A stretch of DNA of 64,000 nt from Prasinococcaceae sp. CCMP 1430 (Eukaryota; Plantae; Prasinodermophyta), in the NCBI GenBank assembly GCA_013416795.1, contig RQSC01000028.1, positions 586,043-650,042 of the forward strand. Direction: 5' to 3'. The position numbers and the translations under genes were made by a program. The notes under the pieces are model-generated. The model was not told where the DNA came from and did no database searches. It was given only the letters and a program-made list of their open reading frames with translations. Positions within the stretch are counted from its first letter, which is position 1. Each line of letters starts with the position of its first letter. This document shows, piece after piece, positions 1 through 11,235 of this stretch.

Positions 1-40
1 GACGCGCCGCGATCGCCTCCCTCTCTCTCCTTTGCCGCAG

Positions 41-1152
41 GCCCAGCGGACAGCAGCCGCGTGGCGCTGCAGCGGCTCGACCTGGACGCCAGCTCCCCCG
101 AGCAGCTCGCGGCCGCCGTGGCGGGCTACGACGCGGTGCTGCACACGGCCGGGCCCTTCGAGAGCGACGACACGCGGCTGCTGGAGGCGTGCATTGCCGC
201 CCGCGTGCCGGTGTACTGCGACGTGGCGGATCCCATCGAGTACCTGGCCAAGGCGCGCGGTGAGGAGATGAACGCGCGCGCGGCCGAGGCCGGCACGATG
301 GCGCTCTGCGCCGCGGGCGCCTTCCCAGGCCTAAGCAACCTGCTGGCCGCCAAGCTGGCGCGGGACCTCGCGCCTGCTCGAATCGCCGACGTCGACTTCC
401 AGTACTTCACGGCGGGCCTCGGCGGCTCGGGAGCGGTCAACCTGCTCATCACGAACCTGGGCTTCGGCGCGCAGCTGCCGCGGTACAGGGGCGGCCGGTA
501 CGCGCCGGCGCGCGAGGCGGGCGTGGGCGGCGGACGCGTCGATTTCTTCCTGAGCGAGGCCGACGCCAGCTTCGCGCGCGTGGGCACGCGGGACACGTGG
601 CCGTGGCCGTTCCCTGAGGCAGCCACCGTCGCTGACCACCTTCGCATCAGCGGCGACTCCAACGCGTCGATGGGCACCGCGCCGGACATCTGGAACGCCG
701 TGATGCGCGTCATGTGCGAGCGCCTGCCGCGCGACTGGTGGTCGGACGAGCGCTTCAGCGCCGCCTTGGCAGACTTCAGCAGGCCGCTCGTGGCGCTCAC
801 GGACGCGGCGGTGGGCGAGACGCATTGCATGCGTGTTGACGTGCGCGCCGAAGACGGGCGGCGCGCCTCCGCCGTGCAGGGCCACGACAGCTTCAGGAGG
901 TGCGTCGGCCAGAGCATGGCCGAGTTCGCGCTAGACCTTCTTGCCAGGCGGGGCACCAACTTGTTCTCGCCGGGGGTGCGGTGTCCAGAGGGCTTGTACG
1001 AGTGCCAGGGCTCGTCGGAAGGTGCCGGCGAGGATCGTCCAGGAGCGTCTGCCGCCGAAGCGGCGGATGCCCTGCTGGAGCGGCTATGCTCAACGCCGGG
1101 CACGTTCACCTACGCCGTTTCTGTCGGGCAGGTCGACGACAGCGCGCTGTGA
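41..1152 (+). CDS. Saccharopine dehydrogenase-like NAD(P)-binding oxidoreductase (plant At1g50450-type); last exon, 5' part upstream of window
   Basis: Motifs YDAVLHTAGPF, YCDVAD, AGAFPGLSNLLA, YFTAGLGGSG; pyrimidine tract plus CAG acceptor at 38-40; stop at 1150-1152. Confidence 0.8.
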
Positions 1153-1207
1153 GTCTTTCGGCGAATCCGTCCATGTCGGCGGGCCTGGAGCGCATCTGCT
1201 GCTGCAA

Positions 1208-4200
1208 AGGGTGCGATTACAGTGCAAGAAGACGCAAGCGCAAGGTTGCGTAGCGCGCGTGTGTAAGATCTAGGTTCGTGTGTGAGAGCGAGCTATCCAC
1301 CCGCAGCGCGGCTGCGAGAGCGGCGCCTTGGGTGGTCGTGTGTGTGCACGCCGCACGCGCGGAGCACGCATGTCGACGATGAACTGTGCAGGCCGTCGGC
1401 AAGGACCCGAAGGACCTTGTCCGTCGGCCAGCGGCTTGGGTCCGTCTGCGTGACCCGGTTGGTGAAGAGGTGATCGATGTCGGCTATGGAGAACCTGTGC
1501 GTACGGCCCAGGGTGTCGAACGCCAGCGGGAGGAACTGGATCCTGTGTTGCGCGCAGATGTCCGCGTAGCGCTGGCGGTGGGCCTTGTAGAGGCGCTCCA
1601 GGCCCGCCGCGGTGAACGGGTTCGTGCCTGCCATGTCGACCTTGGCTGACGGATCCGTGATCTCGTCTCGCGGCGCCACCCAAGGATGCGCCTTCGGGTC
1701 CCTCCTGCACTGCCTGGTCTCTCGCGAGCCACTGATGCAGTACGTCACCGAGATCCGCAAGTAGACAGTCATTTACCTGATGACCTACCCCAGCACTGCC
1801 TGGTCTCTCGCGAGCCACTGATGCAGTACGTCACCGAGATCCGCAAGCTGGACCCCGACGCCATGGTCCTCTCCATCATCGACGACGTCGCGACGGTCTG
1901 CGACGGCGCCAAGGTCCCGCTGGCCAAGGCCACGGATCTGCTCAACGAGGCGATGGCCACAGTGGGGGTGACTTACCACGGTCTCGACTCTGACAAAGTC
2001 GTCACCTTCCGCCCCCACTCCGCCTTCCACGGCAAAGAGTCGACCGCGCTACCCCCTCCTCCACTCTCCACCATCCCGACCAAGCCTTCCGTCGAAGAAC
2101 TTCGGGCCTTCATCTCGCTACTGGCGGCTGAGGAGCCCAAGTTGGAGCGGCGGGCGGCGGCAACGAATGGCTCGCAAGGCAGTCAGCAACGTACACACAC
2201 GATCGCCCCAGGCGCCGCTCTCGCGGCAGCGCTGCGGGCGGATAGCTAGCTTTCACTCATGCCAGTGGACGCGCCGCCAAAGTGGTCGCGCTCGCCAATC
2301 AAGCCTTCCGTCGAAGAACTTCGGGCCTTCATCTCGCTTCGCGTCTGTCAACGGGGCGAGTGGACGCGCCGCCAAAGTGGTCGCGCTCGCCAAGTCCCAG
2401 CAACGCAAGCTGCGCATGCACGTCCACCCTGACAGGCTCACCGCTGCCCGCAAGGAGGCGCTTGGCAACGCCCTCCTCGACAAGATCGCCGACGTCAACT
2501 GCGTCCTCGATGCGGCTCTGCTCACCGTGGGCGACGGCAAGGCGGTGGTCGCCTACCTCGACTCCCTTCCCCCCGACCCCCGCACCTCCACCGCCGGATG
2601 CGCGCCAGGGGCGGTTCAAGGCGTTGTCGTCGTGGGCTTCCCGCTCGGCACCAAGGACTTCGTTGCAGGGGCTCTCGCGAAGAAGGACGCGGTGTACTAC
2701 CGCAAGCTCACCGCCTGCAACCAGTTCTCCGCGTGGGGACACAACAGCGCAGCGCTCTTGCTGCTCCGTATGTGCGTCCACCCCATCAGCGACTACCTCC
2801 TGCGCGGCCTCTTCCCGGGCGGCAAGGGCGAACAGGACAGGTACGCTGAGCCAACACACTTCCTCGTGAAGCGTCACCACGCCCTGCTTCAGGCCACAGT
2901 GGACTGCGCGCTCGGCCAGATCCCGCCAGACGACACTCCGACCCGCACCGAGTCGCTGGCGAAGATCTTCCCCAAGCACGTCGGGCTTCCGATCTCCCAG
3001 GGAGGATTCGGTATGCGCGCCCCTTCCACCGTTCGCCTGCCGGCGTGGGTTGGTGCGAGGACTTCAGTCCTTCACCTCGCCACACGCCACCCCCTCGCTT
3101 GGCAGTACTTCACCCGCCCCGACACAGCGGGCGCTGCCCTGTACGAGGCCCTGCAGACCATGCTCAACACCGACGACGAGCCCCTGGTTCCACCGTTTCC
3201 CGCGAATGCCGATCCGAGTCGGCCCAGTTTCCCCACTACTCCCCTTTACAACGCAGCTTACGCCGGCCACGATAAGTGCGTGCAGCTGCTGCTCGAGGCG
3301 GGCGCGGACACAAACACGGGCGATGTGAGATACGACATGACTCCTTTGAACGGTGCAACCGAGCTGGGTCACATTGAGTGCGTGCGACTGCTGCTGGAGG
3401 CGGGCGCCGACATGAACCAGCCAGACAAAGACAAGTTCACCCCAATTATTACTGCAGCCCGATGGAACCGCGCAGACTGCCTCGAGCTCCTGATCGAGGC
3501 AGGCGCCGAAATTGAGAAGCGGGACCTTGGCGCCGTCGCAGACCGTCTCGACGTCGTCGATGATGGCAGCTAAGGGTGCGATTACAGTATGGAAAGACGC
3601 AAGCGAGAGGTTGCGTAGCGCGCGTGTGTCTAAGATGATGATGACGATGATGGAGAGGACCATGGCGTCGGGGTCCAGCTTGCTGGCAGTAGGCACACCT
3701 GCGGCTGCCTGACCGGCTCATCGAAGCCACCGTCAAGGACCGCTGCAAGCGCTTCCTCGACGACTCCGCCAACTGGGAACTGCTCCACAACGAAGCACAC
3801 GTCGAGCTCGCCACCGCTGCGACAGAGGCGCAACAGTTCGTCGCTGGCAGCGACAGCAACGAACGGGTCATCTCGTCTCGCGGCGCCACCCAAGGATGCG
3901 CCTTCGGGTAGCGCTACGCGAAAACTCTGTGAGCACCACCACATCCAGTTCCACACGCTGGCGTTCGACACCCTGGGCCGGGCGCACAGGTCCTCCAGAG
4001 GTGCCATCGAGCACCTCTTCACCAACAGGGTCACGGCGACGAACCCAAGCCGTTGGCCGACGGGCAAGGCTCTTCGGGTCCTTGCCGACGGCCTGCACAA
4101 TTCATCGTCTGCATGCGTGCTCCGCGCGTGCGGCGTGCACACACACGACCACCCAAGGCGCCGCTCTCGCAGCCGCGCTGCGGGTGGATAGCTCGCTCTC

Positions 4201-4276
4201 ACACACGAACCTAGATCTTACACACGCGCGCTACGCAACCTTGCGCTTGCGTCTCCTCGTACTGTAATCGCACCCT
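1208..4276. mobile_element. Degenerate, rearranged CRE-like non-LTR retrotransposon mosaic (RT and restriction-like endonuclease fragments) with inverted outer copies of the element 3' end
   Basis: RT motifs VISSRGATQGCAFGSLLHCL (from 1657), VLSIIDDV, GVVVVGFPLG, ALLLLRMC, LPISQGGFGMR; RLE-type tail KAHRQRYADICAQHRIQFLPLAFDTLG (- strand, about 1510-1600) and its homologue near 3935-3980 (+); 1208-about 1550 is the inverted homologue of about 3930-4276. Confidence 0.75.
3238..3519 (+). repeat. Three ankyrin repeats in frame with the RT-thumb ORF 2167-3573
   Basis: TPLYNAAYAGHDKCVQLLLEAGAD, TPLNGATELGHIECVRLLLEAGAD, TPIITAARWNRADCLELLIEAGAE. Confidence 0.9.
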
Positions 4277-4430
4277 ACACTACTATAACTTGCTTGATAA
4301 CTTCTTACACAGGAGCGCGGCAAACCTCAATGCTGCAGCTCGACACGGCACTCTCTCTCTCTCCGCAAATCGCCATTGTTTGTTATCACGTTCTCAGTCT
4401 CTCTCCCCTCCCTCTTTACGCTCTCTCCCC

Positions 4431-4908
4431 TCCCTCCCCCACCCACCCACCCACCCACCCACCCACCTGCTCCCCCGTCCGCATCCCCCCCTGCCTGCGA
4501 GCGGATAACGCTCGTGGCATTTTTTAGGGTTTACGCCGAAAATATCGCGATGCGCTCCAACCGCAACCCACAAACGCTGAAACCGCCATCAAATCACACC
4601 GAAACGAACGCGAGCTGCAGATTTGAGGTTTCGAGGCGTTAATGCAATGCATGCTGACGTTGGATTCGGATCGATAGGGTCTGTGGGAAGAGGGTGCGCG
4701 GGGCGCCGGGCGTGGGGCGGCGCCGGCCAGCCGCGGGGTGGGTGGGTTGGTGGGGTGTGGAGCTGGGAGGAGAGCTGCGAGGACGCCGAAGAGTGGCTGA
4801 GGAGGGAGGCTGCGCCACTGCGCGCGCGCGCGCGCGCGCGCGCGCGCGCCTGGCGCCGCGGGGTCCCCTCCCTCCCCCACCCACCCACCCACCCACCCAC
4901 CCACCCCG
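4431..4908. repeat. Two copies of TCCCTCCCCC(ACCC)n (about 4431-4467 and 4868-4906) plus a (CG)n tract at about 4821-4849
   Basis: Read directly from sequence. Confidence 0.85.
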
Positions 4909-4929
4909 AAACCCCTTCTCTCTCCCACT

Positions 4930-7900
4930 GGTGGCAGCACCCCGTGAAGGACTGCGTGTACCTCATGTCTGCCGCGCCAGGTAGACATCCCAAGGCGTCT
5001 CCCAAGTACAACAAGGTCTGCACGCTCTCCTTGCCGCGCGAGGCAGGTGGCGTCGTGTCCACACATGCATCAACGCGATGGCTCGCTAGCAACCAGGCGG
5101 TAGTTGGACATCCGGAAGCGGACACGTCCTCGACGTGCCCAATGACGAGCCGCCATCGGACGCAAACCACACGCGATAGTTTATGTTGACCATGATCAAA
5201 GTATCGAACAGCAGCCAGGAGAAGACGAGCACGTAGAAGCCCATGCGCTCGCTGTGCGTGGCGAGGACTTCCTGAAGAGCCTTGGTGAACGGATAGAGCA
5301 CAGGCCAATAGAACTTCGTCACCTTGATGTACACGTACAGGAGCACGATCGCCGACACAAGCGCGACACCTGAGAAGCCAAAGCTCGCCCAGTACTGAGA
5401 GTCGGAGAACGTTCGCACGGTGAACACCTGCTGTGGCAGGCAGGGGTCTGCGTCCGAGATGCGTTGGTCGCGCGAGTGCGCATGCGGGAGCAAACACGTG
5501 TCAGCGAGCACCGGCGGACGCAGCAATCTGCGCGCACGCATTCGCTGCGGGAAGCCTTTTCTAACTTATGTGGCACCATACCCTGCCAGAAGTTGGCGGC
5601 GCGCGTGCAGATAAGAGAGCCAGCAAGCACATGTGGTGCGGCCAGCGTGCTTGTGGATCTGTGCAGACGGCAGCTATGTGGGTGTCGCGAGTGTCGCGCG
5701 TCACGTACCCCGCTCGCTGTAGGGATAGTAGTCGCTGTTGGGCCCCCACCGCAGAATTGGGGATATCACGAGGTACGTCGCATAGCTCGCCCCCACACCG
5801 ATGAACTTGGCAATGGCGAAACGCTGCTTCGCCCGAAGGTAATCCGGGTGAGCGTTCGATGTTCCGCGGCCGTCGATGTCGCATTCATAGTCGAGCGGGA
5901 GCGCCAGGCTGTCGATGTTGTCTCCTCGAGGGTTGCAGCGGCGGCCCTTGAAGATGTTGATGCCCCATGTCTTGATCCAGCAGCGGAAGCGAAACCACAT
6001 GCTCGTGAGATGAATGGGGCTGATGAGAAGGGGCGCCACTGTGGAGAAGAAGAGGCCGACATACACCCCCATGAGGTCACCAACGCTGTCCTTGCCCTCG
6101 CTCTCGTTCGAGCTATTGAAGGCCGCGTACAAAGCAAGCGCGGTGTAGACGAAGAATCCGGAGAGGATGAACGTCATGTCTGAGTGGAAGATCGCCTGGG
6201 TGGGCTTTGAAGTGATGTGCTGCACCACCTTACGGTAAATGGTCTCAGGGATGAACAGGATGAATGAGAGCGCCGTACGGACGCCGTCTGACACCTGCGT
6301 GAACCCGTAACTGTACGCGTAGAGGAAGATGATGAAGAGGTGCATGATGAAGAGGATGAGGAAGTACAGCTGCGACCACGCAGATGCCAGCCCAGCGGGG
6401 CGCGCAGTCGCCGACATCCACGAGCGGAGCGCCGAGAGAGACAGACATTCATCATCAGTGACGAACACACGCATGATCACAAGTGCAGGCGACCTCGCGA
6501 CAACGATGGAGCCCCACATCACACCAAGAGCGCAAACACCAGCCGCGAACGCTTGCATTGGTGCAGCACCCTTCCCATCCGCGCACACACCTTCATGCGC
6601 TCCCACTTGCTTTCGGTCGTGTTGAACTTCCCTCGAAATTGCGTCTTCTGCCTCTTGAACTCTGGAGCACGCAAGGCGGTGCGTCCGCGACGGTAAGCCT
6701 TGTCGCCGCCGTCCGTCGCTTCGAGCGCTTCCTGCGCATCCGCGACTATGTTGGCAGGTGTGGTTGCTGCCTCGGGCGCTTCAGGGGCGCTTGGCACCCA
6801 GCCCGTGTGCGGCTTGGGGCCCTTCGAGCGATGGCCACGCGAGCCCGCCCCGAGCCCGTCCGAAGAAGCGGCACTGTGCGCGTCGATGAGGCCACTCTCG
6901 TCGTCGTCGTCGTCGTCGGTGTCTTCCTCCAGCATCGCAAGCAGGTCTTCATGATTGCCCATGCCGGCCCTTTCTGCCCAGCTCATGAGCTTGTCGGCGT
7001 TCGCTCCAGCTGCGTCAACGGTCAGGTCGCTCGTAGGATTCTCCTCCTCTGCGGCGGCAGCGGCGTCTCGCAGGTCGGACACGTTGAGTGCCGGCCTCGG
7101 GAATGTGTCGTCGCTGACGCTGCTCCCCCCGGACGTACTGGACAAGCCAGACTTCTTTGAGTCTGCAGCCGTGAGTTCGTCAGCGAGCGCCTGGTCGGCC
7201 TCGTCCCACTCGCCTGCGGCTTTTGCCTTCTTGTCTCGCTTAGCCTTCCACTTGCGCAGTCGCTGGCGCAGCCCCTTCGTGTCGCTGGCGCCGTGGCGGC
7301 CGCGGCGCCTCCTGTGTGCGAAGGCCGCCGCGTAGAGCGCCTTCACGTCCATCACGCTCGTGTCGGCGTCGGTGTTGTAGTTGAGGATCCAGCTGCGAGA
7401 GAGTGTCAGGCCGATGACGACGGTCAGGAACGTGAGCAGGTTGACCACGATGCCGAGCATCGAAAACGAGCCAGTGGTGGCAAAAATAGGGGCACACAGG
7501 GCAACCTGTAGCCCGTAGGTCGCCAGCAAGATCAGGGCATAGTGGTGAAAGGGGCGCCAGGGCATGGATGGGTCCACCGACGCGAAACACAGATGGCACA
7601 TCACAAACGCCTTGGCGACCTGCACGATCGGATTCTGCCAGAGCACGAAGACGAGCTGCTGGCTGAACGAGCAGGGGTCGTTCGCGCTGCCGAGGGGAAT
7701 GGCGCCTACCATCCACGTGGCCTGCGTAGTGTGCACGCCACGCGCGCGGCGTTTCCCAGCGGCGGCGCGACGCGTGGAGTCCGCGGTGCCGTGCGCTTTC
7801 GCCGGTCAGTCATAGGCGAAGGCACGTGCGCACTCTGCGGTGTGAGAGGGCGTCAAAGGAGTGCGCGCGCGCGCAAGGGGCCGCCGCCGATGGCGCACGC

Positions 7901-8721
7901 ACCATGGCGGTCGGAATGATGAAGACCACCGCGGTGACCAGAAACCAAAAAAAGAACTGCGACTTGTGCCTAGTCCACTGGAGAAGCGCGGTGATGCCCA
8001 AGAGCTTGAAGAGCGTCTGCAGGTTGAAGCGTTGTAAGGTCCACGTCTTCCCCGCGCTGGTCTTGATCTCCAGCTTCTTGACGATGCTCTGCTGTGCCAG
8101 GTAGTGCTCAGTGGCGAGCGCGAAGGAGAGCTCCGAGGGGTACGGCACGCGGGGCCAAGAGAACTTGTTGCGTAGGTAGTCGTAGTGCTCGGGGTGCGGG
8201 ACGAAGTGCTCGGGGTCCCCTCCCCAGATCACCCAGTACGGGAACCACCACGTGAGGGTTGGCTGCAGGAAGGGATCCACAGGCTCCGGGTCGTCTGCCT
8301 TGACCTTCTGGTGGCGCCTTGGGTATGGCCACCACCAGCACTGCCACGCGCCGCGCCCCTGCGCCCCGAGCGTGTCATCGTCCGCGGCGTTGACCGCCGC
8401 GAACGTCTTACGCCTGCCGAAGCCGCTCTTCTTGCCGCCCGCGTCCGCCGTCGCCGACTCGGAGGCGTCCTGGAAGAGGTCATCTTCGTGCCTCGGCTGG
8501 GCCTCGTCGTCGGCCTCCTCCGCAGCACGGTCCATCGTCGCATGCTGGACGGGCGCATCGTTTCGCTCAGTGCCTCCTCCGGACGACGACTGCTCGCGCC
8601 GCGCCTGCTGAGACGGAGCGCCGACAGCCTCCGCGTCGAATCCGAGCGAGACTGGCCGCGCCGCGCGCGGCTTGAACTCCCCATCCGCGCCCCCGCTGGG
8701 CGACGACGGCTCTTCGCTCAT
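4930..8721 (-). CDS. Multi-exon polytopic membrane protein of unknown function
   Basis: Exons 8721-7903, 7721-6591, 6369-about 5705, about 5425-5188 and probably a further exon near 5000; GT-AG introns 7902-7722 and 6590-6370 keep the frame; many hydrophobic helices; 3' end uncertain. Confidence 0.65.
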
Positions 8722-9095
8722 GGTGCACGCGGCCTCGTCACTGTCGTGGCCCCGCCGCCCCGCCCCCCCCCCCCGCCGGGCNATGACCCTTTGCCTTCAA
8801 TTTAAATAAAGACTCTCCTTCTTCCCCCCGTCCCCTCTTTTCGGCCCGCCAGCTCAGCGGCGGCGGCGCGTCGCCGGGCCATTTTTGCGCGCGCGCGACG
8901 GAGGTGCGGCGGCCACAGGGCGCGCGCGGCACGTGGGGCGGCGCGAAGAAAGAGCAGGTGCGCGGGCACCGGCGGCCGGAGGAGAGGCGGGCCACCCGGG
9001 CTTAGCGCGCGACGCCGCGCGCGCACCCGCGCCGACCGTCGGCCGGGGACGGACCATACGCGTCCGCCAGTTGACCGGTAGGTTGGGCTCCTACA

Positions 9096-10724
9096 ATGGC
9101 GCCAGTCTTAGTGGCAGCAGCGACCGCCTTGCCTGCCGCGCCCGGGCGTGCCGCGGCGCGCCGGCCGCGCGCTAGGGCGCCCGTCATGCGCTGCGGCAGG
9201 AGGAGGGCGGCGATCGCGATGGCGTCAGCGCCCGGCTATTTCGAGGACGCGAACGCGCGCCGCGCCTCGCAAAGCGCCGCCGTCGGCGATCGCGCGCGCC
9301 CGGTGTCGACGCATGCAGAGTTCGACGCCGCGCTCGCATTCGCCAACGACCGCGGGGCTCTCACGATCGTGGAGATCTTCAGCACCAGGGAGTGCGAGCT
9401 CGGCGAGGGCGCATACAACGCGCACGAGACGCCCGTCTTCGAAGACCGCCAGCGCGCGCACCTGGCCCTCATGGAACCCTGCCGCAAGCTGAGGTCGACC
9501 ATCACACGCGTAGCACGCGACGCGCCGGGCGTCGAGTTCGTGCTGATCGATGCCGACGAGTCCGCAGAGACGAGCCAGCTCGCTGCGTCTCTCGGTGCGA
9601 CCATCTTCCCCACCGTCCAGTTCTGGAAGGGCAACGAGCTACTCTACCAGGTGAACGGCGCGTCAGGTGCCGAGCGAGCCGTCGCGGAGGGCTCGCTTTT
9701 CCTCGGAGACTCGATGGCCGGAGGACGTGACGTCACCGAACTCGTTGAGACGGTCGCCTCCAGAGCGGACCTGGATGACCTCTTGGCGAGGTGCTCGATG
9801 CCAGGACAGGGGCCGCGCGGCGTGCCCATTGATGTTCCTTGCGAGAAGCAGCTCTGCGTCCTCGACGTATCTTTGGCGAAGAATCATCCCGAGTGCATGC
9901 ACATCTTCCCCGCGGTGGTTGCCCTCGCCAAGAACACGCAAGGGGCTGTGCGCTGGGGGCGCCTGCTCGGTGACATGGGAACAGACGCGACGGCGCTCAT
10001 CACAGCTTTGAAGGTAGATACAGTGCCAACATTCATCATCTTTCACGATGGCATCGAGGTCAGGTACGTCAGCAATGTTTCCGACTCGGCACTTTGCCTG
10101 TGCACACGCGCGAATAAGAGTGCGACTTTTCTAACCTGAGAAGTGCGTGTGCTCAAGCGCATACAACAACACATGAATGCCATCGAAATAGCGAGGCTGA
10201 CACTGAGCCTGTCGACACGCGCGCGTGCTTGTGATACGGGCGCGGATGCCCTTATTGTTGGTGCCATGCAGCCGCTATTCCGGCTGCGATCGCGTGCAGC
10301 TGATGACGGCCGTCATGAGCGAGCTGCAAAAAAATGGCATCCGCATGCCAACGCCACCGCCGCGCAAGCATATGACCATAGAGGAAGCAGACAAGATCGC
10401 CAGGTACGCGTGATCATGCGCATGAGGAGTTGTGCAAGCACGCACTCTCACGCTGCGGGCACTCACGCAATGCGTGTGGACTGCCCAGTCATTGGCAGTC
10501 AATGCCGCTGCCCGCTCAGCTTGCAAGAGTGCACACTCACCCAGGCATGCGCGCTGCGAATTCGTCGTTCCTTCACACAATCACACGCAGGGCGAGGCGT
10601 GAACGCGCCCGCGATATGGGAGCGCGACCTCAGGGTTGGTGAGCTATCATACAGTAGTACTACACCACCTCTGCCATACCCGTGCAGTGCACCCAGCGAC
10701 TTCATGAGGGTATTTTACCGGTAG
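9096..10724 (+). CDS. CDSP32-like plastid thioredoxin with two Trx folds
   Basis: Ala/Arg-rich transit-like N-terminus; domain 1 VSTHAEFDAAL...VEFVLIDADES...FPTVQFWK; domain 2 LCVLDVSLAKNHPECMHIFPAVVALAK...VDTVPTFII; intron 10064-10271 joins to RYSGCDRVQL; final exon tentative. Confidence 0.75.
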
Positions 10725-11235
10725 CGTTTTCAGGCACGTGGTGGGAGCGACAGGTAAGCCCAAATGCCGCATCCCGTTGGGCCGACGCAACACGTGAGGC
10801 GTAAGAGAGTGATACGTTTTGCCATCGTGAGTGCACAACTTGAAGTCAGCAAGCGCGCCGTCGTGCCAGCACGTCTGCGTGCACGCCGCACAGATGCCGC
10901 TCGTGCTCATGGTGCGCAAGGAGCGCGATTCCTCTGTCCGGCGCCCCTCGCTCTCGATGTCCGCGGCTCACCCGCCGCGCAGCTGCCCCGGGGCCATCCA
11001 TGCGAGAGTGACTGGCGATATTTCTACCCACGGGAGAGTTCTCATCAAAACGCATTTGCGGTCAGCGACAATATCAAACCGGCGCTGCACGCGCCCGTGC
11101 CTCGGCGGCGGTTCTGCTGCTGCTGCTGCTGCTGCTGCTGTCTGCTGCGCGCGCAGAGTCGGTTGCGGGCGCGGTGCCACAGGGCGAGCCGCCCGCAGGA
11201 GGGGCAGGGGGAAGGGGGGGGGGGGGTCAGGCGCG

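Noticed and set aside
1208-4276. DNA transposon with long terminal inverted repeats
   Set aside because: The inverted termini encode the retroelement's own C-terminus, a third copy lies internally, and there is no transposase motif or clear target-site duplication
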